A stretch of 64,000 bases of DNA from the NCBI GenBank assembly GCA_963693365.1, contig CAVNZM010000003.1, positions 6,269,448 through 6,333,447 of the forward strand. Reading direction: 5' to 3'. This stretch comes from Amoebidium appalachense (Eukaryota > Protista > Ichthyosporea). Positions 31,952 to 47,295 of this stretch are shown here, piece after piece (positions within the stretch are counted from its first letter, which is position 1; each line of letters starts with the position of its first letter). Both the position numbers and the translations under genes were made by a program. The notes beneath the pieces were generated by a model. The model did no database searches, was not told where the DNA came from, and worked only from the letters and a program-made list of their open reading frames with translations.

Positions 31952-32561
31952 TGTAAACATCTGTACACGCCGTACATGTTTACTATTACGAATATACTGT
32001 ACATATCATAGTGATCACGTAGATATTGTGTACATATGATCAGATCAATATCACACGCGACAGCCGCGGGCTGCGGCTCACGACTGAGCCGCGGCGCCGG
32101 CAATATGCAGTGGCCGTGCAGTCAGTATGAACCAATAGAATTCGAGAACCGCTAGGATAGGAATGCAAGTCTCATCCACTACGGAGGCGACATCTATAGC
32201 TAAACGAACGGAACCAATAAGGAAATCAGACCCAGTTGCATAAACCTAAACGGGCTTAAGTATTGACCAATCATTTGCCACAAAGTTATCCTTTTAGTTA
32301 GCTTCATGTTATTGGTGCACTGTGTGCACATAAAGACGACCGCACTCTTCTGACTGGTCAGAAGTCACGAAGGCATCAATGCCACCCATCCAGATGATCC
32401 GGAACCTGGGGGCTATATAAACAAGCCGTCCCAGTACGGGGGATCACTCTGAACGAGCACATTAAATAGTAACCTGGCCGCGTGTGCCTTACTACCCGTT
32501 CTCTGTCTTTATTCTGATTCAGTTGTTCTCTGCCTTATCCCAACTAGTTCAACTGTTTACA
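31952..32561 (+). repeat. 3' LTR
   Basis: Copy of the 5' LTR, preceded by the polypurine tract. Confidence 0.95.
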
Positions 32562-33675
32562 ACAGCATCAGATCGAGACATTTCCATAAGAGGAAACTGT
32601 GGTCACAGTAGGTGACAGGCTTGCCGTTCCAGCTCTCCTGGCCTGCGTTGGGGGTCCCCACGAGGTCGTTGCGGGGGGTGGTTGTGAACTGTTTGTTGGT
32701 GTACGGGTCCTTGTTGCTCTTAATCCTCTCCTCTGGGTTGTGGGGCTTATCGACGGGAAGGATGTGTGCTTCCTTTATCACCGCCAGCCCATCGGTGCCT
32801 ACGTTCTCCACAAGCAGGTAGCCAAAGTTTGTGTAGACGTACCTGCAGCCCACAGAGGCCAGAATCATGCGCTCGGTGAGGTTCTGGGAGATGAAAACGT
32901 CGGCGTTATCCTGGAGCGCCTTGAAGGCGGCCTCGCCATCAAGCTGGCCCTGCACCAGGTCGGTGATTTGGCCAATGTTCTGCTGCAGCTTCTGGTTGAT
33001 CTGCTCGATGTCCAGGCCCTTGCTGTCCATGGCCTGCTGTAACACCTTCAGCTGGCGCTCCAATTCTGATGTGCCGCCCGCGACGATGCCGTTAGCCCAC
33101 TGCTTGACAGCGTCTGCGAATGTTCCGGTGGCCGGGCTTTCGGCTGCCACGTCCCAACCGAGCTGGCTAAAGTTGCCCACCATTGTGGCCACCTTGCCGG
33201 CAAGGGGCTTGAGGGCGCTGTCCACGCCCTGCAGCATGCCATTGAGGGTGGCCAGGCTGTCGTTCAGGTCGCCATCCTTCGTAACAAGAGTTCCCGTGTT
33301 CGAGACCAGAAGGAGCTCCTTTCCGGAATCGTTGCGCACACACAGGTAGTGCTTTCTAACCATCAGCGGGTTGGTGAAGGTGGAGGTTGGGACAGGGGTG
33401 ACGGTGATCTGGTTCTCGGTCGGCCCTACTTGAACTACGGTGTACACGCTCTCTGTGGTGAAGAGCTCTGTGCCTGGCTTGAGATATTCCAAGTTTTGGG
33501 GACGAGTGAGGACCACCACGGCCTCCCGCTCGCGAAATGATGCCTGGTCTGAGACGCGCACAAAGTATCCAGTTGTCATTTGTGCGTGAATCCAATAGGC
33601 ATGGTAGGAGGGGCAAGACAAAAAATTGGCCATCCCACGGAGGCTTCCAAAAATGGATGGAACGGACAGGGGCAC
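32562..33675 (-). pseudogene. Viral fibre-like/coiled-coil protein truncated at its 3' end by the LTR
   Basis: The frame runs into the LTR and stops only inside it (32557). The N-terminal GTELFTT..VV..G resembles GTVLYTT..VVG of the 17199 ORF. Confidence 0.6.
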
Positions 33676-33913
33676 CGGTAGGTTGGAATGGCAATGCCAT
33701 TTATTCTCTACTAGTATATTCCATACGTGCCCCTCCCCCCCCCCACCCCTTATCCCCCCCCCCTTTATCCCCCCCCCCCATTCCCTTCCCTCCCCCCCCC
33801 CCCATTCCCTTCCCTCCCCCCCCCCCCATTCCCTTCCCCTCCCCCCCCCCCCTTTATTCCCCCCCCCCCCTTATCCCCCCCCCCTTAGGGCCTTCAAGTT
33901 GGGAGCATGTGGC

Positions 33914-34795
33914 CTACCGAGTTGCAATACAGTGCTCGACCACTGCCTGTGCAAACACGGGTGGTACAGAGTTGCCTATTATACGGTCACACACTGTTTT
34001 GTGCTCCACGTGGTCAGTCACGTATCCGGCTGGATATGTCTGCAACCGCTCACGCTCGCGAGAGCTTATTCTGCCCACAAGCTGCATGTCCTTGTCAAAG
34101 TAGCGAAACGCGTTGCTGGTCACGGTGAAGAATCCCCTGTACTCTCCATCCAACCTCCTCTTTCTCTTGCCGAAAACAGGGTGGTGTGCCCTTCCTTGGC
34201 TGAGGGACGAGTTTGTCACATATTCAGCTTCGGGAGGAGGGTCCAGGCATTCCCGCCACCCAGTCGCTGGCTGCCTGTGCTTCAGTGTCGCGAGGTCAAA
34301 CCCACCATAACCAAATATGCGGCGTCGGTGCTGGGGGCACCCATATTTGCTCATGTCAAATATAACAAAATCAATCCCTTGCTCTTTAAAGAGTGTCCGC
34401 ACCTCCACCACGGGTACCTGTTCGATTGTGAAGGCATCCGGCTTGAATGCTCTTATCACGTCGATCGAATACTGTACCAGGCCCAACCCCTCATCCACAC
34501 GCCGATGCCGGTGGTTGACCATACTGAGTTGGGTGCACGGTGGGCTACAGTGCATCAGCACCCGGTCTTCTGGGCCCAGAGGCGGCAACTGGGCACGCAG
34601 ATGGGCCGCGAATTCCTCCGCGGGCACACTCCCCAACGTGGTCTCCAGATGGACGGCACCGGGATGGTTTGCCTTGTGCACTTTTAGAGCCACAGCCCAG
34701 CAGTCTACAGCCACTGCAACCACTGCACCTGCCATGGCAGCCCCGTGGGAATAGCCACCGGCGCCACAGAACAGGTCTACCAGGTACCACACCAT
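33914..34795 (-). CDS. C5-cytosine DNA methyltransferase
   Basis: Motif I DLFCGAGG, IV SPPCTQLS, VI IEQV, VIII PQHRRRIF, IX RERERLQTYP, X IGNSVPP. Confidence 0.93.
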   Translation of the reverse strand: MVWYLVDLFCGAGGYSHGAAMAGAVVAVAVDCWAVALKVHKANHPGAVHLETTLGSVPAEEFAAHLRAQLPPLGPEDRVLMHCSPPCTQLSMVNHRHRRVDEGLGLVQYSIDVIRAFKPDAFTIEQVPVVEVRTLFKEQGIDFVIFDMSKYGCPQHRRRIFGYGGFDLATLKHRQPATGWRECLDPPPEAEYVTNSSLSQGRAHHPVFGKRKRRLDGEYRGFFTVTSNAFRYFDKDMQLVGRISSRERERLQTYPAGYVTDHVEHKTVCDRIIGNSVPPVFAQAVVEHCIATR

Positions 34796-35043
34796 GTGCC
34801 TGGAGGCCAACAGCCTTTGCCAATACAAACAAAAAAACCACAAACACACCCACACGCTGCGTTAAACACACAAAACGAGCCTCATATCTTGTCCAGTAGC
34901 ACCCCCCCCCCCAGTCACTTTGCCGATGAGTTTTTTGCTGACCTAATCGGGTGCTGTGCCCTTCTACATGGTGTATGGGCGGTGGTAATAAAACGATACA
35001 CTGTGCGGTCATTTTTATTGGTCCGATCTGAGGGTCCTAATGC

Positions 35044-36039
35044 CTAGAAGTCATCATCCACCTTGAAAACGTGCCGAGTTGCCGGGTCGGACATGACCCC
35101 GGCCTTCTGGTAGTCGCCGACCCTCTTCTCAAAGAAGTTGGTTTTGCCTTGCAGGCTGATGAGCTCCATCCAGTCAAACGGATTGGTGGCGTGGTAGTGC
35201 TTGTCTAGCCCGAGGGCAACCAGTAGGCGGTCCGCCACAAACTCGATGTATTGGCACATGAGCACGCTGTTGATGCCGATGAGGTCCACGGGCAGAGCCT
35301 CCTGTAGGAATTTCTGCTCAATGTCCACCGCCTCCACGATGATGGCCCTCACGGTGTCATCGGCGGGCTTGTGTTTGATGCGGGAGAACAGCACGCACGC
35401 AAAGTCCGTGTGCAGGCCCTCGTCCCTGCTGATGAGCTCGTTGCTGAACGTCAGGCCGGGCATCAGGCCACGCTTCTTGAGCCAGAAAATGGCCGCAAAC
35501 GACCCGCTGAAGAAGATGCCCTCGACAGCAGCAAAGGCCACGAGGCGCTCAGCAAAGCTGCGGTCCTGTGACTCGACCCACTTGAGTGCCCACTCGGCCT
35601 TCCGCTGGATGGTGGGGATGGTCTGGATGGCGTTGAAGAGATGGGCCTTCGTGTCGGCGTCACGTACGTACGTGTCAAGCAGCAGCGCGTACATCTCGCC
35701 GTGTATGTTCTCTATCATGATCTGGAAGCCGTAGAACGCGCGCGCCTCCGGCAGCTGCACCTCCTTCAGGAAGCGCTGGGCCAGGTTTTCGTTGACAATG
35801 CCGTCGCTGGCCGCAAAAAACGCAAGCACGTGCGTGATGAAGTGCCGCTCCGAGTCCTTGAGTGTCTCCCAATGGGCAAGGTCTTTGGAGAGGTCCACCT
35901 CCTCCGCCGTCCAGAAGCTGGCCTCGGCCTTCTTGTACATCTGCCACACCTCCTGGTCCGTCACGGGCAGCAGCACGAAGCGGCCCGGGTTGGGTGTGAG
36001 CAGGGGCTCCTGCAGATCCGGGCTTTGGTCAGCACACAT
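35044..36039 (-). CDS. RNR2: Ribonucleoside-diphosphate reductase small subunit (class Ia R2)
   Basis: [60 protein letters not shown]; intronless. Confidence 0.98.
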   Translation of the reverse strand: MCADQSPDLQEPLLTPNPGRFVLLPVTDQEVWQMYKKAEASFWTAEEVDLSKDLAHWETLKDSERHFITHVLAFFAASDGIVNENLAQRFLKEVQLPEARAFYGFQIMIENIHGEMYALLLDTYVRDADTKAHLFNAIQTIPTIQRKAEWALKWVESQDRSFAERLVAFAAVEGIFFSGSFAAIFWLKKRGLMPGLTFSNELISRDEGLHTDFACVLFSRIKHKPADDTVRAIIVEAVDIEQKFLQEALPVDLIGINSVLMCQYIEFVADRLLVALGLDKHYHATNPFDWMELISLQGKTNFFEKRVGDYQKAGVMSDPATRHVFKVDDDF

Positions 36040-36136
36040 CGTTTAGTAGTGGCCGGGAAAAAAACTGGGGGTGGTCATGTGCCGCCCCAATATGCGGCGC
36101 GCCCTAAATGGGACTGGTTGATGATACGTTATAGCC

Positions 36137-36853
36137 TCACATCTTGTCCAGTAGCAACATCACCCAGTTGTTGGGTTTCCCACAGTGCATGTCTTGATAT
36201 AGGTGGCTGAGGTACCCGACATCCATCGCATCCCACTGTGCACCCACGAGGTCTGTGTCGTACAATATATCCGCGTGGTCAGTCCTTTTGGAGGCAGGCC
36301 GAGCACTGCCACCGTGCCGCACCTTGCGGCGGCTGATACACCCCAGCAGCCACCTCATGCTGTTCAGTAGGCCCTCTGCCCCGTCACCAGCGGCGGCAGA
36401 TAGCCCCTGCAGTGCCCCGTGGGCAGCGAAAAACCGGTGCAGGCTGGACTCGCCATGCACCAACTGCTCAAACAGTTTTTCCAGAAACCCGAAGCTGGGG
36501 CAGTGCAGAACCCGGGTGTCGGGCAGCATCTGCAGCACCCGCCGTGTAACGGTCAGCGGGTCGTTGGCATGGGTGGCGTCTGCGAGTATCTGCACCACAA
36601 GTGTCGTGGGCGCGTGTTCGTTCTGTGACAAGCGTGTGGCCACCTCTGCCAGCTCCCCGAGTGACGTCACCTCCACAAGAGCCACGTGGCGCGCTCGCCC
36701 CCCCACAGTCACTTTGTCGGCGAGTTTGCTTCCCACCAGAAGCTTGCACCCCTCCATCTGCCACACAGTCTGTATGAGCGCGCTGGCCAGCGCTGCCTGT
36801 GGCCCCTGCAACAGGTTGACCACCAGCATCCATGTTTCAACGACGTCGGCCAT
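36137..36853 (-). CDS. Hypothetical protein
   Basis: ATG-started ~238-aa ORF divergent from the exonuclease. Confidence 0.55.
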   Translation of the reverse strand: MADVVETWMLVVNLLQGPQAALASALIQTVWQMEGCKLLVGSKLADKVTVGGRARHVALVEVTSLGELAEVATRLSQNEHAPTTLVVQILADATHANDPLTVTRRVLQMLPDTRVLHCPSFGFLEKLFEQLVHGESSLHRFFAAHGALQGLSAAAGDGAEGLLNSMRWLLGCISRRKVRHGGSARPASKRTDHADILYDTDLVGAQWDAMDVGYLSHLYQDMHCGKPNNWVMLLLDKM

Positions 36854-36926
36854 CGTTCTGCCGCAAACAGGCACACTCTTGTATGTGTGGCGATTTTTTT
36901 TTCTGGCATATGGTGTAGGCGTTGCA

Positions 36927-37652
36927 ATGAAGGCCATCACACAGACCAGAGGGTTTTCGAGGCCCCCCCGGCCCCAGGCATACCCGCGCAGGGGTGCCGG
37001 GTGCACAGGGCCTTGCCGCCATGACCCCCCACACACACCGGCAGCAATCCCAGATCACACGGTGTACCTGGCCTTTGATTTGGAGACAACGGGCCTTTCT
37101 CCCACATCAGATGCCATTGTACAGATTGGGTGTGCCGTCGTTGGAGGACGCGCGGATTCCCCCCACAACTTGAAGACATTCTGTGAGACTGCGCGCCCAG
37201 ACAACGGCAAACTCCCCCCTTCATTTGTACTCGAGGCCATGCAGGTCACGGGGGCAGAGCTCATGCTTGCAGACTCCTTTGCCACCGTAGCCGCCAAGTT
37301 TGTGGACTACGTCACTCAAGTGGTGCCCGTGGAAAAGCAAGGGGTGCTCGTGGCACACAACGCCCGAAAGTTCGATGTGCCCTTCCTTCAAAAGGCTCTG
37401 GAGAGAGTGGGCTTGGCCCTGCCCAGCAACATTTCTCACTTTGTGGATACGATGGACATAGCCTGCAGCCTGCGCAAGGCCGGCAAAGCGAGCTACGACA
37501 ACCTCAAGCTGGCCACACTCTACGAGTCGCTTGTGGGGGGGACGTTTGAGAACGCACACTCTGCCCTCGCGGATGCCGTCGCCCTGCAGCAGATAGCCCA
37601 GACCAGCATGGTGAAGGATATGCTGCCCAGCTACGCGAGGGCCCTCAACTAG
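36927..37652 (+). CDS. DEDDh 3'-5' exonuclease (DnaQ/PolIII-epsilon-like)
   Basis: FDLETTG, VAHNARKFDVPFL, HSALADA. Confidence 0.92.
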   Translation: MKAITQTRGFSRPPRPQAYPRRGAGCTGPCRHDPPHTPAAIPDHTVYLAFDLETTGLSPTSDAIVQIGCAVVGGRADSPHNLKTFCETARPDNGKLPPSFVLEAMQVTGAELMLADSFATVAAKFVDYVTQVVPVEKQGVLVAHNARKFDVPFLQKALERVGLALPSNISHFVDTMDIACSLRKAGKASYDNLKLATLYESLVGGTFENAHSALADAVALQQIAQTSMVKDMLPSYARALN

Positions 37653-37737
37653 GGGGGGGGGGATAGAGGGGGGGGGATAGGGGAGGGGGGGGGGGGCAAT
37701 TTCCTCTATGCCTTTTATTACTTTTTTTTTCTGTGCC

Positions 37738-37968
37738 ATGGATGTGGCAATGTCGACCCTCAAGTGCAAGTATGCTTCTCGTGCGTGTAAGCCTGGCCGC
37801 AGGTGCCCGCTGTGTACGGGGCTTGTGACAAAAAGCACAACCAAGGTCATGCTGGTCCCTGTGAAGGCGGCTCCGTGTAGGGGGGACGACGGGCTTTGTT
37901 GGCAGTGCCGGGTGGCATCTGGTGGGCATGCCGAGCATTGTCCAAGATACACACCCATGGCCTCCTAG
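37738..37968 (+). CDS. Small Cys-rich (Zn-finger-like) protein
   Basis: CKY..AC..RCPLC...PC...LCWQC...HC pattern. Confidence 0.4.
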   Translation: MDVAMSTLKCKYASRACKPGRRCPLCTGLVTKSTTKVMLVPVKAAPCRGDDGLCWQCRVASGGHAEHCPRYTPMAS

Positions 37969-38047
37969 AATCCAGTCATCCCTTCGGGGAGGAATAAAAG
38001 ACAAGCGCGTATATTTTCCAAGGATTTTGATAATCGAAAAGAAAAGG

Positions 38048-42254
<4,207 letters not shown>

Positions 42255-43929
42255 CACTGTGCTAGAAAAGTGCAAATGGATGGATGCCATACATATGCTA
42301 ATTATTATCATAGGTTATGATGTGTGCTGAACTTGTTTGTGCAGTATTACCACTGTATGATAAATTTAAACCCATGCCCAGTGTGAGATGTTACATAGCA
42401 ATGGTGGGTGTATCTATTTCAATGTGTAGTACTAACCCTGGGTGTACATATATATGCAAAGCACCACAACGGTTGTGTTGATATTGTGGGTGGCTGTACA
42501 GCTGTGTGTCCACCGCCCGTTTTGTAGCGCCATGCATAGGTGGCAAGCTTGTGGCCGAGCGTTTGAAGGAAAATCGTGGAAGTTTTTTAAAAAACAGATC
42601 ACGTGTGCATGATGCAGGCATGGGCAGAGTGAGACTGCCCCATGGGCACTTCGATATCGCGCAGCCGTACAGCAGGAATATTCTAAATTACCGTGTGAGA
42701 CAAGCTAGCTATAGTGTGCATAAGTGCATGGACCGACACACAAGTATATGTGGAACCGGAAATGCCGTCAAGTATACCTCCACTCAACGTTAACACAGTG
42801 TACCGTTGGAGAAACGGGGGAAGAGGGACACACAAGTCCGTAGGCCGGAAGTCCCCTCGCACCTGATTGGACAAAACACTATCCGATGACGTAAAATCAG
42901 GGGAGAACGATTCGATCCCCAAGCGACATAAAGGGGCCGTCAGGCCCTTCTAGCGGGGGGTTGGGGGGCAGCAGCCCCCCCGTTTAGGGCCCAGACACAC
43001 ATAGGGTTATGATTATTGGGTTTATGTTTCAATGATTTTGGCAAATAATTATGAAATATTGTACTTTTTAGCCGGTTATGGTCCGATCTCCCTATACCTA
43101 GGGGCTTCCTTCGTATAGACTCACCTCCCCTCTTCGAAGAGGGAGGGTGTCTAGAGGGAGAAGGAGGCCTGGGGATTTACGTTCCTTCCCTCAGGCTGTG
43201 GTTGAATAAGCGGTGCCTACAAGACCTTAGGCTACACCTAGCCTGTGCGTTTATAGCTACTTGCATGCCTCAGCGCAAAATCGTATCGGAAAGTGGAGCC
43301 CAGGTGAGCATTGCAAGTAGCTTGCGGCTCAGCATACAATTCAACCAATTCGGAGGGTGGCCGCGGAGAAGCATGCAACAGTCGGAACGAGGGGACCTTC
43401 CTTCGAGTACCACAGTGTAACAGTTGGGCCAAGGAGCATATTTGGCGGTGGGAGGCAAGACGGGGTGCAGGATATGTGTGTGTGTGTGTAGTGTGTGTTT
43501 GTGTGGTTGTGCACACACGCCTGTATGTGTGTGTGCGTGTGCATGTGTGTATGTGTGTGTGTGTTTTTTTTGTTTTTTTGTTTTTTTTTTTTGGGGGGGG
43601 GGGGGGGGAGGGGGGGGGGAAGGGGCGGCGGGAACAAGGCACTGATGGTATCTGTCCTGATTAGAAGTCACACATTTACCATTAGCGTGGACCAGCCACC
43701 CAAATTGTTGTATAAAACGCGTTCCCAAACTCCACCTCACTCATATATTATATTGGCCATCAACAGGCCTCACGGCGTACATATGTATGTACCCAACCAT
43801 TCATGCATTCAAACCAATCAATAATGCTCACTTTAAAAAGGGAATCGCTATTAGGCATGCAGTTTAGCACGCCATAAAAACAACCCGCGTAACATAAAGA
43901 CGCCGTGACGACAGTTTGCAAACAGTACT

Positions 43930-45371
43930 TCACAGCAGATGGATAGCCGACATTTTCCCTGGCGCAGCTGAAAAGTGTTCAGCATCCAAAGCCTCCACAC
44001 ACCCACCCACAACCATAGTTGCGGGTGCCTTCACTCCCGCCGCTCTAGATCTTTCCACAATGTTCTCCAACGTTCCCCAGATCGTACGTTGCTCCGGAAA
44101 AGTTGCCTTCTCAATAACTGCCGCTGGACATTCCTTTGGATAGCCGGCTTTGGTAATAAGTGTCTCAATCAACCAATCGCTTCGACCGACAGCCATTAGA
44201 AACACGACCGTTTGATTGGCGGAATACTGTGGAACATCCGGGTATCCGTTTTCCCGGGCCATGCCAGTGCACACCACCAACCGGTTTGCGATGCCCCTGT
44301 GTGTGACGGGGATGCCAGCAGAGAGGGGGGCTGAAAGGCACGATGATACACCTGGAATCACCTGTGCGTCAAAGCCGTGCTGTCTGAAAAACAGAATCTC
44401 CTCCCCACCACGGCCAAACAGGAACGGGTCGCCGTTTTTCAGCCGAACAACACGGTGCCCTTGCTGCAAACCTTCAAGACACCTGCGTGGGGGAGAAATG
44501 TTAGTGGCTGGAACGTGGGTGGTAGAGTGCTTAAGTGCTTGTGGGTGATCCCCAGGGGTGTGGTGGTGGGTGTGGTGGTGGGTGTGGTGGTGGTGGTGGT
44601 GGTGGTGGTGATGGTGGGGGGGGGGGGAATGTATACAACCCCCATAGCCGAGAATGTTCTCTGTGCCTAGGCTAAACAGCGTGAACCCATGCGTATGTGT
44701 TGGATGGTGGCTGATGTGTAAACACGGACACTGACACACCACCAGGGGAGTTCCTATGCTACAGAGAAATCTGCCCCTGGGCCTCCCGGGTGGAGGGGAG
44801 GGGGAGGGGGGAGGGGGGGGAGAGAGAGAGGGAGAGAGAGAGAGAGAGAGAGGAGGACGAGGAGGGGAGGGAGGGGGGGGGGGGGGGGGATGAAAAGACT
44901 GAAGCGAGGGGTTGGTGTGCAAAGGTGCCCATAGGTTCTAACAGGCAGTACACAAAAGGAGTTACGAGCATACAACAGAAAATGTAGCGCACATAGGCAA
45001 AGTATGCAACAGAACGACACATTCTGATTGGTTGCCCAGGCTAGAGCAGTAGGCATATGTTAAGAACAAGACGAGGGAGAGGGGGGAAGACGTAAACAAT
45101 ATAGAAAAAGACTAGGAATGTCGAGGGTTGGGGCCTTTGGGGACACGGGGAGGAGGGGGGTGGGGGATGTAAAGAAACAAAGAAAGCAAAGAAAAATATG
45201 TAGAATTGTCCTTAGAAACTTCAACCCCCCACCCCCCCCTCCCCCCATACACACGCACCACCCAAACCCCCCTCCCTGCCACCAATACCCGATAGAGCCC
45301 TAGTTTTGGGAATAGAAGTTCAGGGGTTGGGGGTCGAGTGTTTGAGTAAGTGCGGTTGACACGAGCTACAA

Positions 45372-45402
<31 letters not shown>

Positions 45403-46269
45403 CAAAAAACAAAAAAGGTATAAACAAAAGTGCATTAAAAACCGTTTTCCTTAGAAGTAGAACCCCTAAACACTTCCCCTAGCAAGCCCATACAAGGACG
45501 TGCAAACAGAGTCGGTAAAGAGGCAAAAACAGCTGATATACTTTTTTGAGGGGGGAGGGGGGTTGCGTCTGGAAACAAGGGTGTCAAGAACTTGAAAAAT
45601 GGACGGGCAGGGGGAAAGGGGGGAGGGAAGGGGTGCGAGGTGGGGGGGGGGGGGGGGGGGGGGAGGGGGTGTGCATTAAGGGCAGAAAACGGGCCCGTAC
45701 TTTACACCAGTGTGATCGGTCTAATCAATCATCCTTAGAACAAAAAGTACTTCTTGCACCGCTGCCCCCATGTCAGCACACACACACAGTCAACAAAAAG
45801 TACTTCTTGCACCGCTGCCCACATGTCAGATTGCGTTAGTGTTGACTGTGTGTGTGTGCGGAGAGGGGGGAGGAGGAAGGGGGGGGAGGGGGAGAGCAAG
45901 TGGATTGAAGATAAGTTTAGGGGAGTGGGTAGGGAGGAGGGGGGGGGGGGGCATTGGGAAAGGGGGTACACACCACTGGTTGAGTTCATCCTGTGACTCG
46001 TTAGCACACTCAGGCGACTTATTTGCTATTTTTAACTCAGCACCGTGCGGCACCAGAGCAATGATTTCTTTGGAGGTAAGACGGTCTGCAACCACAAGTG
46101 TAGCTTGCTGTAGTGCTTTGTAGGCCGCAATAGTGAGCAGGTCTGGGTCTCCCGGTCCACCACCTACAAGCTTAATGCAGTTGCATGTTTGGATGTCGTC
46201 TGCATGTAGGGTATGCCCGTCTGCTGATGTGAAGGTGGGATGTGGTGTGTGATTGGTGTTTGGAGCCAT
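43930..46269 (-). CDS. cobA: Uroporphyrinogen-III C-methyltransferase (SUMT, CobA/MET1-like), two exons 46269-45974 and 44482-43930, 282 aa
   Basis: LVGGGPGDPDLLT, VVADRL, VVRLKNGDPFLFGRGGEE, IPGVSS, GIPVTHRG, VFLMA, PAAVIEKAT. GT-AG intron 45973-44483 with CTAAC branch restores the frame (TG|G = Trp). Confidence 0.92.
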
Positions 46270-46959
46270 TTTTTTTAGCTTTAAAATTCGGGCCTCCCTG
46301 TAATATATGTGAATTGGTCACCAAGGTCTTTGAAGGTAACTAACACAAGTAGCCAAGATTTAGACTATGATGATCTTCCAACATGGAAATTCCTGTTGAA
46401 CAACACACGAACAGACGGAAAGGAAACGGGTTTGGATCCTTTTATATAGTTTTTGGTGGATGTTTGCATGACCAATCGGAAGCGCGAATACTTGTGTAAT
46501 TTGCTGTGGCATGATAGCCGAGTGATGATTGGGTGAGACTTCATTTGGTAATTGCTGTATGGTAGTGATTCGCTTGTGGCATTTTAACTGAATAAACACA
46601 AACAGTTAGCCACATCTTTTACAATGACATTTGTCCAATAGAAAGCCTATATATTTACGCCATCAAAGTTGATGCAGCTGCGGCTTCACCTGTCGGTACA
46701 TAAACACACAGCCCAACTTAATTACCATTTACTAACTTAATTGTCAAAAGCATGAAATAATTTTTTTAATAATTTCTAAAATTGTTACAGTATGTAATCC
46801 TTTTTATGCATGTTGCAATTCAACCGTTTACGAACCTGAGCGACATGATCCATGGGCCGCCTGCGATCTATCACATGACTTTGCAATAGCTGATTGGTTA
46901 ATGGTCACGGCCAAAACTTTACGCAAACCGCCAACGGTTTGCGTTACCTCAGGTCGACT

Positions 46960-47295
46960 CATGCCCAGACTGCCAGAAGGCTTGTCGGCCACGGCCCTTC
47001 GAGTGAACACAGGCGCGCTGAAGGTCATGCACGTGGTTGTGTGTGTGTGTGTGTGTGACGCGTGCACACGTGTTTATTTGCGTGTGTGTGTCACAGTGTG
47101 TGCGTGTACGCGACACTGCGTGTGCGTGCGTGTGCGCGCTTGCGCCACACATGCCCAAACTGCCAGAAGGCTTGTCGGCCACGGCCCTTCGAGTGAACAC
47201 AGGCGCGCTGACGGTCACAGGGTGTGCCGTGCACGTGGTTGTGTGTGTGTGTGTGTGACGCGTGCACACGTGCTTATTTGCGTGTGTGTGCTTGC
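46960..47295. repeat. ~130-bp direct repeat (period ~190 bp)
   Basis: CATGCCCA(G/A)ACTGCCAGAAGGCTTGTCGGCCACGGCCCTTCGAGTGAACACAGGCGCGCTGA occurs twice. Confidence 0.85.

Larger units (their letters stand above)
24322..32561 (+). mobile_element. Full-length Ty3/gypsy LTR retrotransposon with chromodomain integrase
   Basis: 610-bp LTRs TGTAAAC..GTTTACA at 24322-24931 and 31952-32561 (one mismatch seen), PBS-like TGGCGACC, PPT GAGAAGGGGGGAG, gag and pol. Confidence 0.97.
32562..37990. mobile_element. Giant endogenous viral element, block 2
   Basis: Intronless compact cluster: fibre-like ORF, C5-MTase, RNR small subunit, DEDDh exonuclease. Bounded by LTR sequences on both sides. Confidence 0.8.

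Noticed and set aside
36255-36926. N-terminal extension of the exonuclease (465-aa ORF)
   Set aside because: Antisense shadow of the 36853-36137 gene; the first plausible ATG is at 36927.
42920-42990. Helitron 3' end or terminator (GC hairpins with CTAG)
   Set aside because: Hairpins are present, but no matching 5' end or second copy supports a call.
44483-44922. His/Pro-rich N-terminus of SUMT (330-aa ORF)
   Set aside because: Intronic simple repeats upstream of the splice acceptor at 44483.
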